From contig OZ240241.1 of the NCBI GenBank assembly GCA_965198115.1, positions 1,952,001 through 2,016,000 of the forward strand: DNA of 64,000 bases, given 5' to 3'. The notes under the pieces were generated by a model that was given only the letters and a program-made list of their open reading frames with translations, was not told the DNA's origin and did no database searches. Below are positions 22,611 to 32,850 of this stretch, in pieces; the stretch's first letter is position 1, and each line of letters opens with the position of its first letter. The translations under genes and the position numbers were made by a program. Source of the stretch: Candidatus Latescibacterota bacterium. GTDB taxonomy: Bacteria > Latescibacterota > UBA2968.

Positions 22611-23525
22611 ATGACCGAGCCCATTCACAGCTACGCCCGGATCGGCATCGTCCACTTTATGGCCTACAAGGCCTGCCTCCAGGGCGAGGGGCCCATACTG
22701 GAAACCATCGAAAAAATCGCCGTAGATCCGTATTTTCAGGCGATCGAGGTGACCCACATGAAGGACGCTGCTGTTCGCAAACAGGCAGCGGATCTGCTGC
22801 GGTCCTCTCACCTCGACGTCGCATTCGGCGCGCAGCCCATCATCTTGGTCAACCAGCTGAATCTGAACGCACTCGCGAAGGGCGACCGGCAGAAAGCGGT
22901 CGACGGCGTCAAGGGTGGCATCGACCAAGCAGAGGAACTGGGTGCACCCGGCGTCGGGTTTCTCTCCGGCCCCGACCCGGGTTCGGGCGATCGTGACGCG
23001 GCGGTCGACGCCCTGGTTTCCTCGATCGGCCAACTGTGCGAATACGCGGGCGAAAAAGGCATGTCGATGGTGATGGAAACGTTCGATCGGCTCCCGTTCG
23101 GAAAAAACTGCCTCGTCGGGCCAAACGCTTTGGCCGTCGAGGTTTCCTCGCGCGTGCGTCGTGAACACCCCAATTTCGGTCTGATGCTCGACCTTTCTCA
23201 TTTCCCCCTTCAGGGGGAGACGTCAGCCTATGCGCTCAACCTCGCCCGAGACCACATGGTCCACGCCCACATCGGCAACTGCGTGATGAGCAATCCCGAA
23301 CATCCCGCTTACGGCGACAACCACCCCCGGTTCGGATGTGAGGACGGCGAGAACGACGTCGCTGAAGCGGTCGAGTTCCTGCGTGAATTGCTCAACATCG
23401 GCTACCTCGACCCCGACAAGCGGCCGATTCTGAGTTTCGAGGTCGCTCCGATGGAAGGGGAGTCATCCGAGGTCATCATTACGAACGCTAAGCGCGTACT
23501 CGATACGGCTTGGGCTCAGGTCTGA
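22611..23525 (+). CDS. Sugar phosphate isomerase/epimerase (xylose isomerase-like TIM barrel)
   Basis: Metal-ligand pattern METFD...LDLSH...HAHIGN...SFEV; AAGGAG RBS before ATG 22611. Confidence 0.8.
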   Translation: MTEPIHSYARIGIVHFMAYKACLQGEGPILETIEKIAVDPYFQAIEVTHMKDAAVRKQAADLLRSSHLDVAFGAQPIILVNQLNLNALAKGDRQKAVDGVKGGIDQAEELGAPGVGFLSGPDPGSGDRDAAVDALVSSIGQLCEYAGEKGMSMVMETFDRLPFGKNCLVGPNALAVEVSSRVRREHPNFGLMLDLSHFPLQGETSAYALNLARDHMVHAHIGNCVMSNPEHPAYGDNHPRFGCEDGENDVAEAVEFLRELLNIGYLDPDKRPILSFEVAPMEGESSEVIITNAKRVLDTAWAQV

Positions 23526-23614
23526 CTGGTCAGTCTGACCACTTAATCTCACATCTGATGCGACACGAAGGGCCGGGATCCCCAGCGGATGCCGGCCTTT
23601 CTATAAGGTCCACC

Positions 23615-26199
23615 ATGGTTCAAACCAAACGTCGTCTCCAGATCGCGACCTCGCTCGCTGTGGCTCTTCTGATCCTGGCCGTCGGGGTGGCCAGTGCGCT
23701 CACGGCAACGGGTCGTCTTCGTACGATGCTCGAACGTCAGATCGCCGAAGACAGTCACGTCATTGGCGAAAACCTGAAGATCATCATCCGTCAGGCCACC
23801 CGGGAGCTGGACCAAAGGGACCAGGCTTTCGATAAGGTTCAGGCCGTGTTGGAGAGCGTGCGGGTCGAAGGCTGGCGAGGGTTCGCGTGTGTGGTCGACA
23901 AGGACGGGCGCGTCGTAGCCCACCCGAACCCTGCCATGCGGGGAACCCGAGCCAGACTCGAGGAATACGCGGCCACGACGCTGTCACGGACGCCGGAGCG
24001 GGTCGATCTGCTGACCACGGATCCGGAGTCGACCACGGGCATCTTCCGGTCATCCGCCGACATCATCGCCATTCAGTGGCTACCACGGTTCATGACCTAT
24101 CTGTGTGTCCACCAGCCACACGGCGAGATCACGCGCAGGACGGACCGGATGCTCGCCGTCCTCGGGCAAGTCGGGGCCGTCTTCGTGATCATCGCTTCCG
24201 CCGGTAGCTGGTTCTTCGTCGGCTGGCTCGTGGATCGCTATGAGAGCCACGTCGCCCGGTCCGAAGCACAGAACCGTGCTCTCGTCGAAAGCAGTGATCC
24301 GATCATCGTCGCCGACCTCGACGGCCGCATCCTCACCCTCAATCCCGATGCGAGACGCCTCCTCGATATCGTGCCGGAAACAGATCCTACCGAAACACGA
24401 AGTCTGTGGGTCGACGACGATCGAGCGATGTTCGAACAGCTCGTGACTCAATCCGCCAACGGGGGGATCGTGGCCCACGACGGTCTTTCGATCCGCACAG
24501 TATCGGGGCGCACCGTGCCTGTCGCCGTCCGAGTTCGTCGCATCGCCTATGGCGCCGACACGGCCGTATACATACTTCTGCGGGACATCACCGACAGCCG
24601 GCGCGCTCAGGAAGAGATGCAGGAAGCCAACCGTGTCCTGCGCGAGCTGGACCGAATGAAGACCGACTTCCTGAACACGGTCTCCCACGAACTTCGCACA
24701 CCCCTGACATCGATCAAGTGGTCTGCGGAGTCGCTGGCTTCCTTAACCAAGGGTGACGACGAGAAGATCGACCGTCTCCTGACCATCATACGTGTGACGC
24801 CTTGCGATAATTCTCCGCCCAGCTTAAGCTATTCGCAGAATAGGCAGAATCGTTTCAATACGGTTAACAGTGGAGACCGTTCCCTAATGAGTTGAGGGTC
24901 ACCTAAGATCTGGCGGCCATGCGACATAGTGCCATAGGAGTACTTACAAGGCGCAACTGCCAAAAGCGGTTGTCGGACCTACGCCTGATGTCCCTTTCTT
25001 TACGCGAACGCGTTTGGCACATTCCGGGGGATCGGGACGCGAAACGCTCTCGACCTCCGACGGGTCCACGACCGGCAGCACCGCCAGGGAAACGGCCGAT
25101 TTTCTACCCCGCTTCGCCATTTTCGGGAAGCACCTTCAAAGCCGCCTTGTAGACAGACGCAAGCTCTTGTTTTTGAACTGGTTTAAGTGTTTCCGACACC
25201 TGAAAAACCCCCCTTTCGTCGACAACGGCCGCGATGCGCCCTCCGGAACGAAAATTAGGACGGATTAGTAAAAGAAACGGTCCACTACCGGTGTCCAAAA
25301 GAGAGCTGCTCGTTTCCACCCCCCCTACCCCCCTGGTGCGGGCCTCGGGCCAGCGACGCGCCCAGGGCCAACACCGCGCACCCCCTATGCCCGCTGGGAC
25401 TTGGCCTGGCCACGTCTTGAGCCTAATCGGTCGAAACGCGCTATTTTCGCGGTTCGAGAGCCTACTTCTCGCGCGTGTGGGAAAATGAAAAGGGCGCGGT
25501 CTACATCGGGACGCCCAGAGAGTTCATCCTCCCTTATCTCCGGTCGTCAGTTCTTGGTGCGTGAGAATGCGAATAGCGTAATCTGGGCGGGAATTTATCG
25601 TAAGCCGTAACATCATACGGAACGACAATCAGCGGCTGACGACGTTGATCGAGCAGTTGCTCAGCTTCTCCAGGATCGAAGCGGGTCAACTCGAACCGCG
25701 ATTCGGCGAGGTCGACCTGTCCGCTCTGATCGTCGACGCAGCCTCCGATATGGCCCCCCTCGCCCAGCAGAAAGGGGTGGCTCTGAGCCACCGCCTACCC
25801 GCAGAACGCGTCGTTGTCGAGGCCGACCGCGACCAGATTCGCCAGGTCATCGACAACCTGCTCGGGAATGGGGTCAAATACACGCCCACGGGGGGGTCGG
25901 TGTCGATCGCGCTATCCGGGGGTGATCCGGCCGAACTCGAGGTCACAGATACGGGTATCGGCATTCCCGAGACCGATCAGGAACGCGTGTTCGAGAAATT
26001 CTACCGTGTCGAGCAACACGAAGTGGAAGCCGAAAGTGGCACGGGCCTCGGTCTGGCCATCGTCGAGCGAATCGTTCACGCGCACGGGGGTCGGGTGGAG
26101 CTCGAAAGTCAGCCAGGGAGCGGCAGTTGCTTCAGGATCAGCCTCTCACGGTCGCGCCACAAGAGGCTGGAGAAATCGCGATCGGGGTCGATACAGTAA
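23615..26199 (+). pseudogene. Membrane PAS sensor histidine kinase interrupted by 820-bp insertion (restored 585 aa)
   Basis: TM, Cache-like, TM, PAS and H-box (VSHELRTPLTSI) in 23615-24792; continues in frame at 25620 (NDNQRLTTLIEQLL) into HATPase (NLLGNGVKYT, DTGIGI, GTGLGL). Confidence 0.92.
24793..25612. mobile_element. Non-autonomous TGT...ACA transposable element (820 bp, no transposase)
   Basis: 45-bp terminal inverted repeats with 37/45 identity (24793-24837, 25568-25612); 7-bp target duplication TCATACG (24786-24792, 25613-25619); removal restores the kinase ORF. Confidence 0.92.
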
Positions 26200-26246
26200 G
26201 TAGATCAGTCTGTCCTGAAACGTCAGCCCATCGAAGGCACTCCCCC

Positions 26247-27442
26247 ATGCGCCTTTTTGTTCTGATCGCGGCCGTTTGTGTATCCGCGTGCGCGGCAACT
26301 CCGTCCCACACGGTCCCCAGGGACCTGGGCCCGTTGCCGTCCCTGGACCGCGTCCCGACCCGGGATCCCAGCGGCCTGCAACAGGCCGCTCTCAGCCACT
26401 ACTCGGGCGGAGACTACGTACGAGCGCTCCGCTTCGCCTACTGGGCAACACAGACGATTCCAACGGACATCCGTCTGCGTCTCCTGCTCGGCATGATCTA
26501 CGACGAAGGCTTCGAGCGGCCCGATCTGGCCCTTCCCGAGTACCGACGGGCGCGCGACCTCAGTCCGCTGCCGGCGCTGACAGATCGTCTCGACGAACGC
26601 ATCCGATATCTGCACAGACGAGAACTGGAAGACAGCTACCTCCGCTCGCTGATCGAGCAGACGAACCCCCCGATCTCCAAAAACTGGCTCGCCGTGTTTC
26701 CCCTCCAAGCTGTCGGCCCGCGCGAACCCGAAGACGGCCTCACCCACGGACTCCTGTCGATGCTGCTGCCGGCGCTCAGGGATCACTCGACATCACTCCA
26801 CGTCGATCCTTTCTCCGCGCCCATCGCGGCCAGGTCTTCGGCGAGGTCCGGGGCCACGACCCCGAGGCTTTTGCGCGGTGGTCGGGAGCGGGTGCCGTAC
26901 TCACGGGGACCCTGTCGGACCTGGGTGACAGAAGAATACGAGTGGTCCTCCGACTGCTCGACTCGAACGGCGAAACCACGTGGATGTCCGAACCGATCGT
27001 CGAGCGCCTCGACGCGGCCGGCGACCTCTACCGAGACCTTCTGGCGTCGGCGAGCGGGGGCCTGGGCATCCCCGTCACTGGGGGGTCAGCGGGCATTTCA
27101 TCTCCCTTGACCCTGTCGCTCTATGCCGAAGCCGTCGTGGATTACGCCGGGGCCCGTGTCTTTGACGCCCACCGAAGCCTCGAAACGGCGCTCGCCTTCG
27201 AACCCGGGAGCCCGGTCCTGATCGAGGCATTCGGGTGGGTCGATCAGGATCTCAAGGGGAGCCAGCACGGTACCTCCCTAGCAGACGCCTATCGCCAGCT
27301 GGTCAAACTGCCCGACGACGATACCGCACTCAGGCGGCGGCTCACCCGGGCACACGGGATGACACGCCCTGCCTCGGGAGCTTCGCTCGGAAAAGAATCG
27401 ATCGATCCTTACAAACGGCCCCGGCCGGAGGTGGGTCCGTGA
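26247..27442 (+). CDS. TPR-containing lipoprotein, frameshifted near 26830
   Basis: Lipoprotein-like signal MRLFVLIAAVCVSAC, TPR-like helices, LAVFPL...AGAVLTG..RVVLRL (TolB-N/CsgG-like); joins ORFs 26127-27110 and 26276-27442 if one base is added. Confidence 0.6.
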
Positions 27443-28555
27443 GACGGCTTCTCCTGCCTTTCGTGCTGGTTTGCCTCGCAGCCCCCTCGCGGGTCTGCGC
27501 TCGATCACCCCCCTGTCCAGGCCGACGCCGGGAGCTTTTTCCATCAGGTGGTCCTCGTCGACGTCGACTCCACGCGAACGCGTTATCGGCAGGCGGTCTC
27601 CCCGGTCGAGGTGCGCACACCCCTCCTCCGTGGCACGATCGCTCTGTCGAGTGCGTTCATGTACTTCGAGCAGGATGTCGACGAACAAACGACCGATGTC
27701 TGGGGAGCGCTCGACACGGAGGTAAGCGGCGACTGGAATCTGGGGTTCGCGAGGGTGACTGGATTCGTCGTCCTTCCGACTGGAAAAGGAGGACTCGACA
27801 CCGCCGACTCGACGCTGGTTGGCGCACTCTACAGGAACGACCTCAATTTTCCCGTGCGCGCCTTCGGCCAGGGCTTCGACTTCGGCGCTGCCGCAACGGC
27901 CGCCCACCAGCGCGGTCACCTCGGAGCCAGTCTCGGATTCGCCTACACGGCACGAGGGGCCTACGAACCCTTCGCGTCGGGTCGGGACTACCATCCCGGC
28001 GACGAGGCGACCTTCTCCGCCGGGCTGAGCTACAGCGACGCCGCGTGGACCGTGAGCGCCGACGTGGCGGGGACCTTTTTGTTCACAGACAGGTTGGACG
28101 GGCTCGTCATCTTCCAAAACGGCAAACAGGTGGTCAGTAGCGCGGCGTTTCTCTACGAAACCCGTCGGTTTCAGGCGATGCTCGAAGCCACCGAAATCTT
28201 TCGGTTCAAGGATCGTCGGCTGGGCCTGACTGGAACGTCATCGGGGCTGCTCCTGTTCGGCCAACGGAACCGAAACGACTTCCGAGCCTCGGGACAGCTG
28301 GTTTGGCGCCCCTCACCTACCCTATCCATCACCGGGTCGAGCGATGTCAAGATGATCGCTGACACGAAGGACGCCGACGGCAACATCCTGCAGCCATCCG
28401 CAAGACTCTACGGATACGGTGGTGGGGTTTCTTACCAGATCGGCCGAACAGAACATCTCGACCTGGCTGTCACGCGCTACGATGGTTGGGTCGAAGGAGG
28501 TTTACGGGACCTGGAGGGCTGGAACGCACGCGTCAACGTCCGTCTTCTTTTCTAA
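27439..28555 (+). CDS. Outer-membrane beta-barrel protein, frameshifted in C5 run at 27482-27486
   Basis: GTGA overlap with upstream gene; signal peptide MRRLLLPFVLVCLAAP; amphipathic strands; C-terminal VNVRLLF barrel signature. Confidence 0.7.
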
Positions 28556-28624
28556 TCCGAACAGAAATGAAGCGATCGCCACAGGCCGATGTCTTAGCGG
28601 ACACCGGCCTTCGACGTGTACGGT

Positions 28625-29305
28625 TCAGTCCGAAGCGGGGGGGTCGGGCACGATTCGTCGTCCGCTCACCAGATGTCCGAAGACAAAAGCGAACACCGCC
28701 GTCAGGTAGAAGTGCAACACGGAGAGGACGAGAGGACCCAGGTAGGGAATGCCCACGAGGATGAGAAATGTCATCATCCAGAGCCCGAGGTAAAGGAGAC
28801 ATAGCTGCACGTAGTCGACCCGGACGATGCGACGCAGATCTCGCAAGAGCACGTCCGGCTCGAAAGCCGCCCAGATACGGCGTTCTTCCGCGTAACGTGC
28901 GTAGACCACGGGGGAGAGCGCGTTGAAGACGGCCAGGCTGAACAGCCCGATGGCGAGAACTCTTTGGGGTTCGTCAAAACGTCCAGCGCCCGCGATGGCC
29001 AGGACCGCCACGGCCGCGAAGGCGATCAGCACCAGATAGCCGAGCGTGATGGCGAACAGCCTCAGTCCGACCGACCAGTAGGTCCGCCATCCCGTCCAGC
29101 CAGGAAGCGTCAGCGCGGGTGCGCGATTCAGTCCATCGATGAAGATCCGGTAGAGGTAACCCCACGCAGCGAAGTTCACGACTGGAATGATGCTCAGCAG
29201 GCCACCGACCACGATGCGCATACGGGCGCCCGGTTCCCGTGCGGGCACCCGCATCGTTGCGAGGAGCAGGGCCGCTGTCTGTTGTGGATTGGGTTCCCCG
29301 TCCAC
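28625..29305 (-). CDS. DUF4013-like membrane protein
   Basis: GGLLSIIPVVNFAAWGY...LPGW..W motif and several TM helices. Confidence 0.7.
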   Translation of the reverse strand: MDGEPNPQQTAALLLATMRVPAREPGARMRIVVGGLLSIIPVVNFAAWGYLYRIFIDGLNRAPALTLPGWTGWRTYWSVGLRLFAITLGYLVLIAFAAVAVLAIAGAGRFDEPQRVLAIGLFSLAVFNALSPVVYARYAEERRIWAAFEPDVLLRDLRRIVRVDYVQLCLLYLGLWMMTFLILVGIPYLGPLVLSVLHFYLTAVFAFVFGHLVSGRRIVPDPPASD

Positions 29306-29308
29306 GTC

Positions 29309-30502
29309 TCAGATCGCTTCCAACGCCCGACTCAAGTCGTCGATCAGATCCTCAGCGTCTTCAACCCCGACGGAATATCGGACCAGCTCGTCGTCGATTC
29401 CCATCTCGATTCTGTCCTCCCTCGCCAGCTCATAGTAGGAGATCGTAGACGGGTGTGAGACGATGCTTTCGACTCCACCCAGGCTGGCTCCGATACACGG
29501 AACCTTGAGCGCATCGAGGAACCGGAACGTCCCCTCCAGATCGCTGTCCAGATCGAAACTGACGACGCCACCGAACCCCGTCATCTGTGCTCGTGCGATC
29601 TCATGATGGGGGTGGGAAGGCAGACCGGGATAATAGACGCGTCGAACCTTGCTGCTCTCTTCGAGAAACCGCGCGATGGCCAGTGCCGAAGCGTTCTGCT
29701 GTGCCATCCTCAGAGGGAACGTCTTCAACCCTCGGATCAGGAGGTAGGCACAGTGCGGATCGATGACGCCTCCGAAAATGCCCCGGTAGTCCTTCACCGC
29801 CGAGACGAGCGGTTCGGCGCCCAACACGGCGCCGGCCATCAGGTCGTTGTGCCCCCCCAGATACTTCGTCGCGCTGTGTACGACGAGATCGACGCCGAAC
29901 TCCAGTGGACGTTGGTTCAGCGGCGTGGCAAACGTACTGTCGATGATGACCTTCATCCGATTCGCCCGGGCTACGGCCACCGTCCGTTCCAGGTCTAGTA
30001 CATTCAGGTGCGGGTTGGTCGGAGACTCTGAAACGATAACACGCGTGCTGTCCTGAATGGCCTCCTCAAGGGCGCCATAGTCTCCGGCTGGAACGAAGGT
30101 CGTGGCGACGTCGAACTTATGCAGCACCATCTTGCAAAACTGCTCTGTCTTGCGGTAGCAGTCGTCCATCACGACCGCGTGCTGACCCGACCTCAGCATC
30201 GCGAGCAAGGTCGTGGTCACGGCCGCCATGCCCGTCGAAAACAGGATGGCGGACTCGGCCCCCTCGATGGCCGCGAGTTTTTCCTCGGCAATGCGTTGCG
30301 TCGGGTTGCCGTATCGGCCATAGTCCAACTGACTGTTTCGTCCAGCCACGAAGTCCTCGACTGCCGTCATATTCCGAAACACATAGGTCGAGGTCTGCGC
30401 AATCGGAACGGTCAGGGTGTGGCCCCAGTGCTCGCAGGCCTCTCCTCCGTGGACAGCCCGAGTGGACGTACACGGGGTCTTTACATCTTTTGGGTCGTTC
30501 AT
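29309..30502 (-). CDS. metB: Cystathionine gamma-synthase, plant CGS-like (Cys/Met PLP enzyme)
   Basis: [32 protein letters not shown] (PLP lysine), SLGGVES; preceded by a SAM riboswitch. Confidence 0.85.
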   Translation of the reverse strand: MNDPKDVKTPCTSTRAVHGGEACEHWGHTLTVPIAQTSTYVFRNMTAVEDFVAGRNSQLDYGRYGNPTQRIAEEKLAAIEGAESAILFSTGMAAVTTTLLAMLRSGQHAVVMDDCYRKTEQFCKMVLHKFDVATTFVPAGDYGALEEAIQDSTRVIVSESPTNPHLNVLDLERTVAVARANRMKVIIDSTFATPLNQRPLEFGVDLVVHSATKYLGGHNDLMAGAVLGAEPLVSAVKDYRGIFGGVIDPHCAYLLIRGLKTFPLRMAQQNASALAIARFLEESSKVRRVYYPGLPSHPHHEIARAQMTGFGGVVSFDLDSDLEGTFRFLDALKVPCIGASLGGVESIVSHPSTISYYELAREDRIEMGIDDELVRYSVGVEDAEDLIDDLSRALEAI

Positions 30503-30517
30503 CGGCTTATCCTCAAC

Positions 30518-30550
30518 AAAAAATCCCCGGGCCGCACACAGGACCAGGGA
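30518..30550 (-). terminator. Intrinsic terminator/attenuator in metB leader
   Basis: Minus strand TCCCTGGTCC...GGCCCGGGGA followed by TTTTTT, just before the RBS. Confidence 0.65.
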
Positions 30551-30579
30551 CAATATCATCGCGATCGGATCATCGTGGC

Positions 30580-30627
30580 CTTTTAGCGATTCTTTAGAGT
30601 GGCTGCAATATGCCGCAAATCACCACT
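30580..30627 (-). ncRNA. SAM-II (SAM_alpha-like) riboswitch
   Basis: AGTGG-TGATTTG-CGGCATA-TTGCAG-CCACT-CTAAAGAATC-GCTAAAAG fits the recalled SAM-II pattern GTGGTGATTTG...TTGCAGCCAC..TAAA...CGCTAAA; P1 AGTGG/CCACT; upstream of a Met gene. Confidence 0.85.
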
Positions 30628-30653
30628 ATGGACGTTCTACGTCGTGTGGCCAG

Positions 30654-30682
30654 AATCTATCCGTTTGCTCCGGCCGTGTCAA
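30654..30682 (-). promoter_or_regulatory. Sigma70-type promoter of metB leader
   Basis: TTGACA (overlapping the thrC stop), 17 bp spacer, TAGATT. Confidence 0.75.
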
Positions 30683-32031
30683 CCCGGCTGCGAACGTGCC
30701 TCGATACGATCGAGCAACACGCCCCTGACGGCCTCATAGTTCGCCGCCAGTTCGACCGGCACGTTGGCCAGATCCGGCTGAACATCGAAATCGGCAAGTG
30801 CGTCTCGATGGTAGTTGACCTTGAACTCGGTGAACTTGAGGCCGTGCGCCGTCGACAGAACCACGACCTTCTCGTCCCTCTTTATCACGCCCCGGTTCAG
30901 CAATTTGAGCAGAGCCCCGAAGGCGACACCCGTATGAGGACAACAGAAAAGCCCCGTCTGGTCGGCTCGGGCGGCGGCGTCTGCCAGCTCCTGTTCCGTG
31001 ACCTGCTCGACCACACCGTTGAACATCTTCAGGATCTTGACGGCCTTCTCCTGGCTTACAGGGTTGCCGATCTGAATCGCGCTCGCCAGCGTTGCCTTGG
31101 CCTGCACGGTCTCAAGCGTGTCGAAGTTGTTTTGGTAGCTCAAGTAGAGCGGATTCGCATTCGCGCTCTGGGCAACCGCGATTCGGGGCAGGCGATCGAT
31201 CATCCCGAGCTCCCGCATCTCGAGAAACCCCTTTCCCAGGGCGGTGGGGTTCCCCAGGTTCCCACCCGGAACGACGACCCAATCGGGGACCTGCCAATCA
31301 TCTTGTTGTACCAGTTCGATCGCGACGGTCTTCTGCCCCTCGACACGCAGCGAGTTCATCGAGTTGGCAAGGTAGATGTTCTCGTTGGCACAGATCTCCT
31401 TGACGAGCGCCATGCATCCGTCGAAGTCGGTATCGAGGCTCAGGACGAGGGCTCCGTTCGACATCGGTTGCACCAGTTGGGCCGTCGACACTCTGTCCCT
31501 TGGCAGAAAAACAACCGCCTGCATACCCGCAGCTGCGGCATACGCAGCCAGGGCAGCCGACGTGTCTCCACTCGACGCACACGCCACGGCCGGAATCCTC
31601 TGCCCGTCGAACACCATCTGGTTGACCATCGACACGAGCACCGTCATGCCCAGGTCCTTGAAGGACCCCGTGTGGCTGTTTCCACACTGCTTCACCCAAA
31701 GATCGTCGAGACCGAAGGCTTGCCCCAGACGGTCCACCCAGAAGAGATTGCTCCCGCCCTCGAACATGGACACGACATTTTCATCGTCCACGACTGGGCA
31801 AACCAACTCCTTCTTGCCCCAGACTGAACTGCCATACGGCCACTCCGTCCGCATGAACCGTCTGTCGAACAAATCTTTCCACACATCGGCCGGCTGCTGC
31901 TTCAGGGCTTCTAGGTCGTGCTGGACTTCGAGCAGTCCGCCGCACGACGGGCACTCGTAGACCACCTCGGTCAACGGAAAACACCCGCTGCAGCCGCGCG
32001 AACACTGAAACCAGGCGTTGTAGGAACTCAG
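30679..32031 (-). CDS. thrC: Threonine synthase, plant-like; probable CTG start
   Basis: [16 protein letters not shown] (PLP lysine), [30 protein letters not shown]; frame extends upstream of TTG 31974 to the Cys-rich [11 protein letters not shown] with only CTG 32031 behind an RBS. Confidence 0.92.
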   Translation of the reverse strand: MSSYNAWFQCSRGCSGCFPLTEVVYECPSCGGLLEVQHDLEALKQQPADVWKDLFDRRFMRTEWPYGSSVWGKKELVCPVVDDENVVSMFEGGSNLFWVDRLGQAFGLDDLWVKQCGNSHTGSFKDLGMTVLVSMVNQMVFDGQRIPAVACASSGDTSAALAAYAAAAGMQAVVFLPRDRVSTAQLVQPMSNGALVLSLDTDFDGCMALVKEICANENIYLANSMNSLRVEGQKTVAIELVQQDDWQVPDWVVVPGGNLGNPTALGKGFLEMRELGMIDRLPRIAVAQSANANPLYLSYQNNFDTLETVQAKATLASAIQIGNPVSQEKAVKILKMFNGVVEQVTEQELADAAARADQTGLFCCPHTGVAFGALLKLLNRGVIKRDEKVVVLSTAHGLKFTEFKVNYHRDALADFDVQPDLANVPVELAANYEAVRGVLLDRIEARSQPG

Positions 32032-32106
32032 AGTCTTGCCCTTTCGATCGGTTGGTAGGCGGCGAATATAGATCGCGACAGGGTAACCTCAAAGGCCTTC
32101 GCGGCG

Positions 32107-32850
32107 TCAGATCTCGAGTAAAACCACCGCCGGAAGCCACCCACCGATCCCGTTGGGCAACCGAACCTGTGTCCAACGTCCCTCGGACCGTTCGACGCCC
32201 ACTTTGGTGCCCTCGTGCAGCGTAAACACCTTTAAGAAATCCTCTCCGGGTCCGCTCCGGCCGTCGGCCTGTTCGGCCACGATCACGGCTTCGGGTCGAT
32301 TCCGGTCTTCGACCTTCGTCAAGAGCAGCGCCAGACTGATGACACCGACGACGAAGACGATCCCCCCCGACGCCGCGCAGAACGTCCGAGCACTCGGCCG
32401 CAGGAGCCGGACGATACCGAGCAGGGCAATCCCGAACAGACTCAGACACGACACGACCGCCAGAAAACCGATCCCCAGCGCCCGATACATCGCCTTCGCT
32501 ACACGCGTGACGACATTCTGCTCTTCGCTCTCGACCCGATCCACCTTTCTCGCGTTCGCGATAACCAGATTCGCACGCGCATCCTCGTCTCCGGGGCTCA
32601 AACGGAGGACGCGCTCGTAGGCCACGATGGCTCGGCCGAGTCGACCCGCCTTGAACGCGGCGTTTCCCAGATTGTAGTGCAGTCTGTCGTTCCGAAGTCC
32701 GGTCGCAACAATCGATTCGTAGCGTTCGAGGGCGTATTCGTAGTCACCCGCACGATACAATGCGTTGGCTTCGTTGTAGAGATCGCCAACCGCTCCCGAT
32801 CCTCGAGCCGAACCGCTGATCAATAGGAGGGTGATCAGCAGACCCGTCAC
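32107..32850 (-). CDS. batE: BatE-like TPR/SH3 protein
   Basis: ANALYRAGDY..A...LHYNLGNA..K, TM helices, LHEGTKV...W..V.LPNG..GW. Confidence 0.85.
   Translation of the reverse strand: MTGLLITLLLISGSARGSGAVGDLYNEANALYRAGDYEYALERYESIVATGLRNDRLHYNLGNAAFKAGRLGRAIVAYERVLRLSPGDEDARANLVIANARKVDRVESEEQNVVTRVAKAMYRALGIGFLAVVSCLSLFGIALLGIVRLLRPSARTFCAASGGIVFVVGVISLALLLTKVEDRNRPEAVIVAEQADGRSGPGEDFLKVFTLHEGTKVGVERSEGRWTQVRLPNGIGGWLPAVVLLEI

Noticed and set aside
24919-25610. Short ORFs (69-84 aa) inside the 820-bp element
   Set aside because: Overlapping in several frames, no convincing RBS or recognisable motif
24793-25612. Element as Tn7/CAST ends or a self-splicing intron
   Set aside because: TSD is 7 bp rather than 5; no CRISPR repeats; TIRs plus TSD indicate DNA transposition and no group II domain V was recognised
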